DNA of 63,566 nucleotides, filler included, from Platydemus manokwari (Eukaryota): NCBI GenBank assembly GCA_037951405.1. It is 6 parts of 6 records of this genome, joined end to end, with 100 filler letters (N's around TTAATTAATTAA, not from the genome) between each part and the next. Parts side by side here need not be neighbours in the genome. Positions count along the whole stretch, not along the records: positions 10,637 to 24,247 come from JBBMOY011670291.1; 5 more parts are not named here. One strand, 5' to 3'. Shown piece by piece: positions 12,059 to 24,347 of this stretch (position 1 is its first letter; each line of letters starts with the position of its first letter). The notes under the pieces were generated by a model. It saw only the letters and a program-made list of their open reading frames with translations, ran no database searches and was not told where the DNA came from. The position numbers and the translations under genes were made by a program.

Positions 12059-15000
12059 CTAAAGGTTCATGTTAATTTTTTATATTTTACTATTTTTAGA
12101 TATTTATTCATTTCAATACATTTCTTATGATTACATGTGGCGAGAAGACGAATTAGAATTCCTGAAATCTTTTCAATAGATTCCTAAAAAATGTTAATAA
12201 AACATTTTTCGAAATGATTAAGAAAAGAATAATTTATCGATAAAGTTATCGATAATTTCATGTAGCTTTTGAAGCATAGTTCTCTAATTTGATTGGTTAT
12301 TTTATTAAATGAAACCATGTGATGGTGCAGGATCTATTTTTTAATAATTTCTATGGTGTTCTATTCGTATTGATTCGACTCATTTTTCTTATCGATTTTT
12401 CAGCTCTGAATACATATATTAAAACGAAAAAAATTGTAAAAAAATCAATATTAGAAAATCAATAATTTTAAATTTCAATAAATATAATTTCCATTTTCTA
12501 AAAATTAAAAAAAATTATAATAAAAATATTATAAATTTGTCAGTTTGTTACGTTTTATTTATTTTCTTAGCAGTGTTTTTCCAAGATTTTTCTTTACATG
12601 TAAAATCGTAATTTTGCTATCGATTTGTCTAAAATTAATTAATTAACGTCAGGACAAATTCTGTAGCAGAGCTTAATCCGTCGATTTGTAATTTAATCGA
12701 ATCCATTATTTTTCTATTTTCTTTATTCACATATATCAAATGATAATAAAAATATCTATGATATTCCATTAAGATTTTTCCAAACGTAACGAATTTTCAT
12801 ATGGCAATCGAATGTGTTTTAATTGATAAATTCCGACGATAGTCGCTGTTGTTGCGAGAAATAATCTCCTGGATTACAACTGGATTAAAACAAATGCATA
12901 TCCTGAGGCCTTTGAAGATGTTTATATGTATAAAAATGGTTATGTACTCGTTACTCCATTTAATACATGCCTATCTGTATCGAAATTTGTGCGTAATCGT
13001 AATACAGTAGTCATTTTCTCCCATACCCGCCTCACTGAACCGGTGTGCGCTGTGTATGTGTGTATGAATATGTCGCATTCAGTAGTGAGTGCAACTGCTA
13101 TGAAAACAAATACTCTGTCAATTATTGATTTAAATTTTTAATATTAATAATAATTTTGTTTTAGTCAATTAATTTTAATCTTTTGGTTTTCATTTGTGCG
13201 ATAATTAATTATTTGTAATTTGAATGTAAATAAATTATTGAGAATTAAAGTTATTGATTTTGATTATAATATCGATATATCGAATATAAGTGTTTCGATT
13301 GATTTTGAAATAGATTATCGTGCCTATCAATGTTACAAAGGGTGTTTAAACTCCTAATGCTTATTGATTTGTTTCTATTACAAATTTATACTATCTTAAA
13401 ACAACCGCAGTTTCAACTGAAATCAATGTATTGATACGTGCAACGTTTGATGCTGAAATTTTAGAACAACTATACCATTTTCCCATAGCTAAATTTCGAA
13501 ATAAATCTATTGATATATTGGAAAAATTTTCCATCATTTTGTAGCGAAAAAACACTCTGAAATGCTCTTGTAATGCATCTGAACATGTTTGGAATGTATC
13601 ATAATGGATTTGTGAATCATTATCAATATAATTACAGAAAACTTTCGGAACTAATTTGCAGATAAATGAAATGAAATTGTGATCGAATTGATTTGTTGAA
13701 ATATTCGTTTAGCTTTGGTCAATCGATTTCTGCAAATCTTCATGTAATTATTAATGAAATAAATTGTGAAAAATAATAGAAATTTTATTGATTATTTTCA
13801 ATTTAAATTTTAATTACATGAGAAAATTAATTAATTTCGTAAATAAAAAAATAAGTTTTCATCGAGGAAATATGTTATTTATTATGATTTAATTCTGATG
13901 GGTTATTATAACTCACATCGAATTGGCAAGAATAACTATTGGAAATTTTATCCGATGTTCTCTAAGCAATATTAATGTAAATTAGGACCTGACAATGGAC
14001 ATGCCAATTCAATGTAAAAACTTCCCTGCCACGTCACTGACAGTAGAACGTCTGGTAATTCCGATTAGTTTCGGATTGTGCCTATCGATCTTGGAAGCTA
14101 TCTATGGCTGCCAACGAAGAAATTATTCAATTAAAGAAGAGGGAATATTCCCTCCATGTAGTGAAGATTCTATATTTGCAAAAATTCTAGAGTCCTGACT
14201 TGAAATCGTTCATAATATTCGAAAATTTATCTCGAACTGCATATCAAAGCCTCATATTACAAATAAACTTAATTCGTATTCAATTCTAATTAATTATTTT
14301 AAGAATTATTCTCAATTCAAATTCTTTCTCCAAATCAAAACAACGAAAGAATGAACGAGTCTCAAATTTGATATTTCGTTACCTTTCAGGAGACGCTATC
14401 TTTGAAAAGCTTGTGTCAACATTAAGAAATGAAATTAAAAGAATTAAAGGATGATTATTAAAGGATGTTCATCTATTAAAAAAAATTATTGAGAAGGGTT
14501 TTCAAGATGAAGAAAATTATCAAATATAATTTTATATTATATATAAAATATATAATTGATATCGATTAAAACGATTTTTAGATCACTTTTATTAGAATTT
14601 GAAATAGTAGAAAATAAATAAAAGCACAACTCTTCCATAACATCAATATGCCAATCCATGCTTGTATTATCAAATATATCGAATTTTAATGATATATTCT
14701 CAACGTCATGCAGAAAATCGTTATTTAAAATGTGATAACGCACAAATATAAAAATTAATTGGAGATTTATTATTATTGATCGAGAATACCGTATGCCCAT
14801 GCATTGTCACTTAAGAATGAAAGACAGTTAGCGTCATTTGATCGTGATAAATAATGAACTATGTACTTTGATTGGATACGCGTATGATATTTGTAAGACT
14901 AATAAGTGTTTTGAAATAAAGTTGTGAAAGATATCTTATCTTATAACAAGGCTACTATCAAAATGTTAACCAGTAAAAGGTTGCTGTAAATTCTTCCGCA

Positions 15001-15634
15001 ACAACAGTGTTTTTGACAAAAAGCAATAAGTATATATTTGATACTTATATATTTTATATAATTTATATAGGATAATAGCGACCACTTTCAGATGACATAG
15101 CCAGTTTGAAAGTGATCTCAACATTCGGACCTTTCTTGAAAATTACGAGAAATCATCAATGTGAGAAAAATTGCAATGAATAATTTTAATTAAATTAAAT
15201 TTAATAATAATTTAATTAAAAAAATTTAAATAAATAATTTTAATGATATTTTACTAATTTCGAAAATTATAAAAAAACATTTTAGAATTTTATAAAATTA
15301 TTAAAAATTTTAAGTAATATCCAATAATTTATATATATATATATATATAAAAAACAAACTCTCTGGGAATTTGTTTTAAAAATGTTTGATTTGTTTGTAT
15401 TAATAAATAAGTTACGTACATCGTATAAATGAATTCTTTCATTGAAATTTCAATTTTAAGCGAAGTAGCTCCTACTAACAATCAATAAATGTGTTGGGGA
15501 ATCGAAAATAAATTCAAAAATAACATTTAATTGAAGTAATAATGACTGAAAATTATGTGTATCGATATATAATTAATAAAATTGTATACATGTTATATTG
15601 TATCGAAAAAATAGATCAATGTATATTTAGAAAC

Positions 15635-15818
15635 TGTGAGATATTTTAAATGAATTGAATTTTATATGAATAAAAATTTTAATTCTAATTTAATATATAG
15701 TCATATTTGTTTAAAATTAAATTTATTTGTTTTAGTATTTGTATTTAAAGAGATTTGCGGTGTCTTGATTTTTCAGTTCGTTTTTAATGTGTGGTTTTTA
15801 AAATAGTAGCGGCTAACG
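15635..15818 (+). mobile_element. Solo LTR, family A
   Basis: TGTGAGATAT...AGTAGCGGCTAACG, reverse-complement homologue of 49451-49712; 5-bp TSD GAAAC at 15630-15634 and 15819-15823. Confidence 0.8.
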
Positions 15819-17152
15819 GAAACCATTGTGGTAATATTGTTTCATTTATGCATTATGAACAATTTCAAGTCATTACAATCATTTTATTGTGAATTGCTAC
15901 AGTTATTTTTCTGAAAATTGTATCAATATATCTTATCCTAACAAATTTCTGCTTAATTATGTATAACAAAATAATAATAATTTGGTTGTTAATAATAAGG
16001 TAATAATTAAAGAATTTAAGAAACGGTTAAAAAGGGGGAAAATATAATAATAAGTATTTATATATGTTTTATAGAAAAATATGAACTTATTTTATTTGAT
16101 AATTTTTAACATTATTTCGAAAAATATCCTGTGAAATAATGAATAGAAGATAGACTGTTTAATGAAAATCCAGGGGAATCAATTTTAATGTAACGATTAA
16201 AAGTTTTAAGCGTAAAGATGGAATAATAAATTGTAACGATAAAAAATGAGCAATGAAACACTATATTAGGAAGTTGAAAACTTCACAATCTTCCCCTATT
16301 TACCGAAACCACTAAATCAAAGAAGTTCTTTCAATTTGTGTAGGAAGGCATTGCTCTGAGATCACATTTGCCATTTGCCGTTCAAGTCATTGTCAGTTAA
16401 TGTGAGTACGATTGTTATATAAACAACTGATTGCTATTATATACGCATCGTTAATCATTCTATTATTGAGCTTCGACTCAAAAACTTCTTTTAAAGGTAA
16501 CTGTTTTGTTCCAAGAGTATGGAGTTTATCAACGGTTCTCTTAATCCAGAATTTGTTAGAATAAGTCGTTTTAGTGTCATTTTTATTTGGTGTATAATTG
16601 TCGACATACAATATTATAAGTAAGGCGAACAAAGAAAGTTATAACGTTTAGAATTGTACCTTGAGTTTGATAAGAACCAAGTGAAGCTGATAAGACAACT
16701 TTGATCAATCCCAATATAGAAATAAAATTAGAGGCTGATAATTTTAACAGAACAAAAATTACAAACCCAAAAGACAAAATGTAATTCATTAAAAACATTT
16801 TAATAGTATTTGAATTATTTATTTTTATATTTTGTTTTCTTATTTCCTTATTTTATCGATTAACAATTGCAATCACATTTTCCATAAAAATAATATATGC
16901 GGAAACCATTTTTGGAAATATTCCAAATCTTGTAAAGAAATTATGATGACAAGTTTTCAAATAATTTTATCTGTTTTATCTGAAAATTACTGACGATTTA
17001 CTTTTTATTTTCTTGTTTTAATTCATAATCTCATTTAATTTTTTATGGGTCCTTTTAATCATTATTTAAAATAATAGGATATGTTATACTCATTTATTAG
17101 ACTGGTTTTTTATAATATCAGTTGCAAATACTCTAATTCTTCATTTAGTGTG

Positions 17153-17296
17153 TGTAAGCCGCTGCTATTTTATAAAACACGCATTGAAAACGAACTGAAA
17201 TTTCATGACATCAAATTAGATAATTAAATACAATTATATAAACAAATGAATATAATTTTACATAAAATCGGAATTAAATCTTAAAAATTTTTCACA
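17153..17296 (-). mobile_element. Solo LTR, family A (diverged)
   Basis: TGTAAGCCGCTGCTATTTTATAAAACACGCATTGAAAACGAACTGAAA...TTCACA; flanks GTGTG/TTGTG (4/5 TSD match). Confidence 0.75.
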
Positions 17297-18299
17297 TTGT
17301 GAATGAATGGTGACTGAATTTCCCAAATAGAGAGCTCGATAACAAACAGTGTGCAGAAAATCAAAGATTTTAAAGAAAGATTTTAAGATAAAAAAATTTC
17401 CAAACAATCATTTGAAAGAGAATATATTTTTAAGTTTAAAAATTATAAATGACAAAATAATAGGTTGGAAAAGTTCGTTTAAAGATACTTTTGGGTTTTG
17501 AATATCTTAATTCTGCTTCATATTGTATTTTATGCTATTCTAGCAGCTAACAATAACTAATTAATAAGAGAAACGAAAAACGTAGCATTTCATTATCTTG
17601 TGTCATTCAGAATTTCTTACTTTCATCTAGATTAAAATCGATTTGATTATCAGTTAATTCAAGACCTTCGAATATCGATTTAAAAAATAATTTCTTTTCA
17701 GAAAACTGTCGTAAAAAAAATCATATTTTCCTTAAACAAATCGAATTCTCAGTTCCATAATTAATCACAACATTATTCCCTCGGTAGACCTTGTTAATTA
17801 TAGACTCGAATTTTTATCCACTAATCTTGCTCGTTGTTAAAAAAGCTGCTCTTCATCTCAAGAGAATGAAGCACAGCTGCGCTCTCGCATCTGGGCTGAA
17901 CAAATAATATTCGGTGTCCAATATCATATAGTGGAAATTTTATACAATAAAGAAAAAATGATTAGCACTTATTCTCTCGACAATTCCTTACGTGGATATT
18001 CTGCTTTGAGTTTGAGTTTGAGATTTAGTAGAAATTTCACGAGTGAACGAGAAATGCAATTAATTTCTTATAAGACTTGCTATTGGTAAATAATAGTTTG
18101 CGTTATCATTCTGATAATTCAATTATCAATATTTAGTGCTATAAGCTGGGATATTATTTTATCGTGTGATAGAATGAATGGTAAACTTGAAGAGTAGTGC
18201 CTAACATATTTATACTGCATTGATGATATCAATGACACAATGAAAGTGTTAAATGAAATATAAATATATTTCATAAATTACCTCTTTTGATCAAAATTA

Positions 18300-18450
18300 A
18301 TAATGATATCAATATTATTAATCAATATTATTAATAATGAGAATAATTATGATAATGATTATTATATGTATCATTATTACTATTATTACTATTATTATCA
18401 TTATTATTGTTGCTGTTGTGATAATAATTATGATTATTATTATTTTTACA
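18300..18450. repeat. Degenerate (TAT)n microsatellite
   Basis: Runs of tattattac/tattatgat. Confidence 0.8.
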
Positions 18451-21284
18451 GATCTTTGTGGTCGTTTTTACCATTTTTATCAATAAAATTGTTTCAAGAG
18501 AATTGAGAGCTTGCGAAAGCAGTTGTTTTCGAAATTACGATTCTGATTGTCGAGTAGAATGTTTCAATATGTTTAAGTTTGTCGAAGTCAGGAAGATCAT
18601 AATTTGTTTCAAGATGTGTAAGAAATATTTTTTACGTTGTTTGTGGCAGGAATGCTTCTATAGAGAACCGAAACGAGTTTACGGTACATTGTCTTATTGA
18701 AAACGGAACAGAGGATATCAATGAATAGCTGAGAACCTAATACCCATTCAAACCTACCAGAGATTATCAAAAATAAACAAATAAATATTATTATTGATTT
18801 TTGACTAATTAATTTTTCGGATGAAAAATACAAAATTTAATAATATTAGGCTTCAAAAATATTCTCTATAAATAATAAAATTTTTATAATGAATATTCAT
18901 TATAAAAACTTAGATTTTGGCTGACAAGATCAGATTGGTAAACAATAATATTAGAAAACATATTTAGCTACTGACAATAAAAAGTAAACTGACAATTTTA
19001 TTTTTTAAGAAATTCTATGTTTATTAGTGAAATTATTATTATTACCTGAATAATAATGGATAATTTTATTTTGTGAAGAATCAGATATTAATAATATTAG
19101 TTGTTGTAAAGATCTTATTCAATTGTTTTTGAAAAACTTTAGACATTTTGATTATTTTATTTTGCTATCATGTATATTCTCAAATAATTAGCATTTAGTT
19201 GGCATTCTAGTATTGTATATAAATCAGAGTGTTGAAAGATTGAAAGACTGTAATTGCTATTACTATAGTAGGAGTGGTCATTTTAGGATTTAATAACCAG
19301 CAAATATCTTAACGTATTTTGGGAAACAATTCGAAATTCAATAAATGTTCAAAATTTGTAATTAAACAGGAATTTATGTAATTTCACCGAAGAACATTAA
19401 TCAAATGAATTAGCTGAAATTTCCTTTTGATATTCTCAAAACATCTCTAAACTGAAAATACTTTCTAGTACGAATCGAATTCTGCATCAATACAGCTGAT
19501 CAAAACACTGCAAAATTTCTCCTATGTGAAATAGCTTTTAGATAGAAAATAAATTTACATTCTAAATATAGATATAAAATAATAATCGTGGAAAAGAATA
19601 GATAAAAAGAAGTTAGAAATAGAATTGAGACGTAATAAAATCGTTAAAATATGAAAAATGTTAGAAATGGTATCAGTAAAAGGCCGAAACCACACAGATA
19701 TAGAGATTCAGACCGTCATCTCAGGTAGATATGGATTTCCAGATTCAACAAAAGATACTAAAGAAAAACGAGTTATTCATTAAATATATTTGTTTAAATG
19801 CTTAGTAACAATGAACAAACAATCACGGACCGGAATCACACTCACAATAGTCAAGTCAATAACCAATACATAGAGAGATAAGCACCCAAAATTTAAACAT
19901 TGACAAAGTTAGCAACCTTAAAGAGTAGTTGCTAGAATATCACAATGCAGTTAATAGTTAAAGACCAAGAAAAACTACCGGATCATAGCGAGTTCCAACT
20001 CATTCTATTGGACTATCATCTGTGTTCACTTGATGTTTCATGGCTTATCATTCGGACGTTGGTTAATTAGCAAATTTTCTTGTATCTCTCTTGTCATTGG
20101 CGTAGCTCAATGTTTATTTCTTGTTATTGGTTTGCACCGATTGATTATCGAATTATATATAACCACCGTGGTTATTTTGCTTGCTTTTATATCATACTCA
20201 AGAGTAATAATAATAAAGTAACATTAAAAATAACTTGTGGTTCACAATTTCTGTAAAGATTCATTTGAAGTTTCTAGCCTAGTGTTAAACGTAGATAATT
20301 TGAACTGAAGCTCATTAATTGATGCTGGCATGAAATCATTTATGATTCGTATAACTATTTCCGCATTTATTGTCTTCAAACAATGGACTTATACTAGGCG
20401 AAAATCAAACTCAATAAGGTATATTGCATTTGTGACCTCAATAAGGCACCAGCATCACATGTTATTCAAAATAATTTATTTTAAATACATCAGTAACATA
20501 AAAAAAGTTTACATTAGAGCAGAAAATTATCAGACCTTACCACGCCTTCCTATGAATATCTTAAAACAATTCTTATTATACAAGCGAATCCAAATAAACA
20601 GGAAATTAAAACAAAGATTTATAAGTATGATAAGGAGAAATGTTAGGGATGCATTTCCATTTATATTGTATGTTGAATTATCAATATATTCATCTAATAA
20701 TGATAAACTCGTTCAGGACATTGACAATACTTTGTCAAAGTATGACTTTATCTATATGTCTATGTCTAATTCGAAGTTACCATAAATATTAGTTAAATAA
20801 TAGTTAAAGTCGATGCAGTACAGAATCAGTTCAGAAAAAAGTCTCCAGAAAACGCCTAGATTCATGGTTCCTTGTTGAATGTTTTCAGTGAACATACAAT
20901 CGAAAGAAAAACGACGATAGAAATTTCAACATTCTTCAGATTTTGATACCTGATTATGATCACTTTTACTTGGCCTTTGAAATAAATTAAGCTTATCGTG
21001 AAATTTACTTTAGGCAAGTTTTTAAATATGATTTCAAATTCTTAATCCGGAAACATATCGAAGTATGAGTTAAATAGCAATGGATTACTGTATGCGATAA
21101 TACAGCCCCGCGTGGGTTCCAGCTTTGACTCTAACATCCGCACGAACCTATAATGAATTTCTGGAAATTTATTTAAACACATGCTTTAAATCCCGCGAGA
21201 TCCGCTGAAACAAAGTGTATAATAGCATATTCTTAAAATAAAAATGTAGCTATTGGATTAATGAACAATTTATTTAAAAATATA

Positions 21285-21333
21285 TTAGGTTGGTGCAAAA
21301 ATAATGGCCCTTATCTATTTTGCACCAACCTAA
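21285..21333. mobile_element. 49-bp mariner (cecropia/Hsmar1-MADE1-like) TIR-only mini-MITE
   Basis: TA|TTAGGTTGGTGCAAAA...TTTTGCACCAACCTAA|TA: perfect 16-bp inverted repeats flanked by TA; matches the Hsmar1/MADE1 terminus as I recall it. Confidence 0.85.
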
Positions 21334-21839
21334 TATATTTATATACAAACATATCAGGTAATTATTTAAATAATTATTTAGTTTTTTGAAATAATATTTT
21401 TACATATTATTAATATTATAATAGTTATTGTTGGCTATTTTGATATTATTTTATTAGTCGAATTGTCGTAAAATGTCAAATCAATTCTCATTTTAATAAT
21501 ATTTGAAGAATAAGAGCAATTTTAAAATTATTAAGAACAATAAAACTCCAATCAATTTTTAAATATAATAACACAAGTATTGAACTCGTGCTGGTTTTTC
21601 AAAACTCAAGACTTTGCAAGCTGTGAACACGCATTATTGATTAATATTCATTCCTTGCATTATTCTATTGAAAGACTTTTACCATTGTTAGTGGCATGAA
21701 TTGTTTAAGAGGGAAATTTCTTAACTAGTCGGCAAAATCATCAAAGAATTCCATTTTTCCTTAAGTGTATTAGCAAACTTCTTCAATGAATAGAGAAAAA
21801 TCAATATAAATACTTTGTACCAACTACATTTTATGGATA

Positions 21840-22193
21840 ATGAATTTCTTTTCATTAGTAGTTTTAGTTTTCTGTGTCATTTATTCAACATCAGCTAAGT
21901 GTTCTCTGGATCTGACAGCCGTTGTAGGTCAATGTTCTAATGCAGAGCTTGATGATATATTGAATAGTCTACGAGTCGGGTTAAACACAGAATCCTATCC
22001 AAAGTTTCAGGCTTTATATAATGATGTAAAAGCCTTGTTGGATTCCGCTAGAGCTATTTTATCCGATCCAGCGCGATTGTCTGAGCTCGAAGGTGTATGC
22101 GTCAACACAGAAGCCAAAATAGAGGCTATTAAAAAGCTGAGAATCAAGTATGAAGTGCCGGAATCGATATGTGGTGGAGAATTACAAATTTAG
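21840..22193 (+). CDS. Small secreted helical protein of unknown family (117 aa, intronless)
   Basis: Clean ATG-to-TAG ORF, higher GC than flanks; signal peptide MNFFSLVVLVFCVIYSTSA; four mature Cys (21, 32, 87, 111); TATAAATA at 21805-21812. Confidence 0.75.
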   Translation: MNFFSLVVLVFCVIYSTSAKCSLDLTAVVGQCSNAELDDILNSLRVGLNTESYPKFQALYNDVKALLDSARAILSDPARLSELEGVCVNTEAKIEAIKKLRIKYEVPESICGGELQI

Positions 22194-24202
22194 AAGTTTT
22201 GTTTCGTTCATTAATATATCTTGAAAAATATGAAATATTTTAATATTTTGTAAATATTATTTCGTTTAGACTGTGAAAATATTAATAAGAATTATTATTT
22301 TATACAAATTCTTTATGACTATACTTTGAAATTCTGTTAATTATATATAAGTGTTGTTGGAATCTGCTGATAGATCTAACGAAATTTACCATTCTCCATT
22401 TTGAATAGGAAAACATTTCCTTAATAGTAGTTTCGAAACCAAAGTGGTTTTACTCAATTTCATTATCACTAGCCACTTGATTGTATATTCCTTTTCTAAA
22501 TACAGGTAGTTTCTTGTCAGTGTATCCTTTGTATTATTAATTGACGGCTAACCTATAAAGGTTGTGATTAAGATTGCTAATATTAAACAGGTTGTATTAG
22601 CAAGAAAACCTAGAACTATTCACTATTCTGTTTAAGTAAAAGAATTTTCTTATATTTTCGTGTATATTTATGTATCTTTGCTCAACAGACACGTGAAACA
22701 GTGCATTTATAGGCAATAAAATTGCTTTAGATACAAATATTATTTTGCTGTTATCATTAAAAAATAAACATTTTTTTAATGTTGCAAAAATATGTTTGAG
22801 AAAGATATGGTACCAATGTTTCAAGAAAAGAATTTCATGTCGTGTTAGAAAAACACTAATTTTTGTGCAATATTGAAACTAGGATAAGTGTCCAGAAATT
22901 GTTTTTCAGAGGAACCAATTCGTTTACCTCTACTACATATTGTCGGTCTATAAGCTCTTGACCTCATCACAATTTCCCTGAAACATTAGCTTTCCATAAT
23001 GATCTTTCTATTAAATATTTACAGAACTTCGTCTCTCAATAAAATGTCTAAGATATTTTTGAAGGAATGATAAGGAAAATATTATCTAAAAAGTAGGTAT
23101 CCATGGTAACTGATAATTTTTGAGGAAATGACATCTATGTTATAATTATGGCATATTCAAATATGATTCTGAACACAAATCAAGTAAATTGATGATTCCC
23201 AACTATTGATTTGAGTATTGATCTGAGTAATTTATTCTGTAAGATTCTACTGGATCAAGTAATCGAGTAGGTGTTATATAAAGTGCAAAACAATAATTTA
23301 ATCTTATTATCCCTGGATTGATTCCTGAATGGTGCCTATAATATTTTAGAGAGTTCTAAGACAATTAATAGTATTTAATATTATTAAGTCCATTTAAATG
23401 AATAGAAAAATCTGTGACAATTGGATTGATATCTGTGAAATAATTTCCGACACTCATTAGGTTTTGCGGAGATTCTTTTGAAAATTTCATTCAACAAAAT
23501 ATTAAGTGGAAGCAAAATTCCTCATAAGCCATGAACACTGTTGGTTTAAGCATTGTTGTGTGAACAAAATGATTTCCCAATCAAATTATGGATTTTTTGT
23601 TAAAAGAATTGCCGTAGAATTGCCGACAATAATCTTAAATGTCTTCATTTAATAATAATAATCAAGAAAATTCTTCTTTATAATGGCTTGTTAATTGCAA
23701 CTATTTCGTAAAATTATGAAAAATCATGAAAAATCAGGTCTACTTTAAGTCTATTATAAAAAATTATGATTTTTCCAAAGTTGTAGTAAAACTTTTAATT
23801 GTAAAATTATTAATCAAAAATGTTTGATGTTTAAGTTATCTTATTTATATAAATATTTTAAAAAATAGTAAATAAAATATCGGCTTGAGTTAAGAAAAGG
23901 GGTCCTCTGACCTACTTTAGTAATAATAAATTTACGCGCTTGAGATAATTTTATTACTTAATTTTATATGCAAATGCAATGTTTGATTTATTTATATAAT
24001 TCAATTAATATCTCACTTTAGGATGTCTGATAGGGGCAAAACATAGTTTTAAAACCAAGTTCCGATTCCAATTACAATATTTCTATATGATTATTTGAGT
24101 TTTTAAATTTACATTTTTGAATTAGAAATCGAGGTAGTAAAGTTCTGACATGTTTAATAATATCATTGCTTACTTTTATAAAATAATTGTAAAATTTAAG
24201 AG

Positions 24203-24247
24203 TATCTCAAATGGTTTCTAATGTTAAAAAAGAGTTCTCGCTAATTT
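24203..24247 (-). repeat. Terminus of MITE family B, cut by contig end
   Basis: ATCTCAAATGGTTTCTAATGTTAAAAAAGAGTTCTCG resembles the reverse complement of 27465-27505. Confidence 0.5.
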
Positions 24248-24347
24248 NNNNNNNNNNNNNNNNNNNNNNNNNNNNNNNNNNNNNNNNNNNNTTAATTAAT
24301 TAANNNNNNNNNNNNNNNNNNNNNNNNNNNNNNNNNNNNNNNNNNNN
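24248..24347. other. Artificial contig linker
   Basis: 44N-TTAATTAATTAA-44N. Confidence 0.97.

Noticed and set aside
16393-16798. Two overlapping minus-strand hydrophobic ORFs
   Set aside because: No motif, splice support or family resemblance.
20330-20785. 151-aa ORF; weak ICD..AP string in another frame resembling a CACTA transposase
   Set aside because: Too degenerate to support either a gene or a transposase call.
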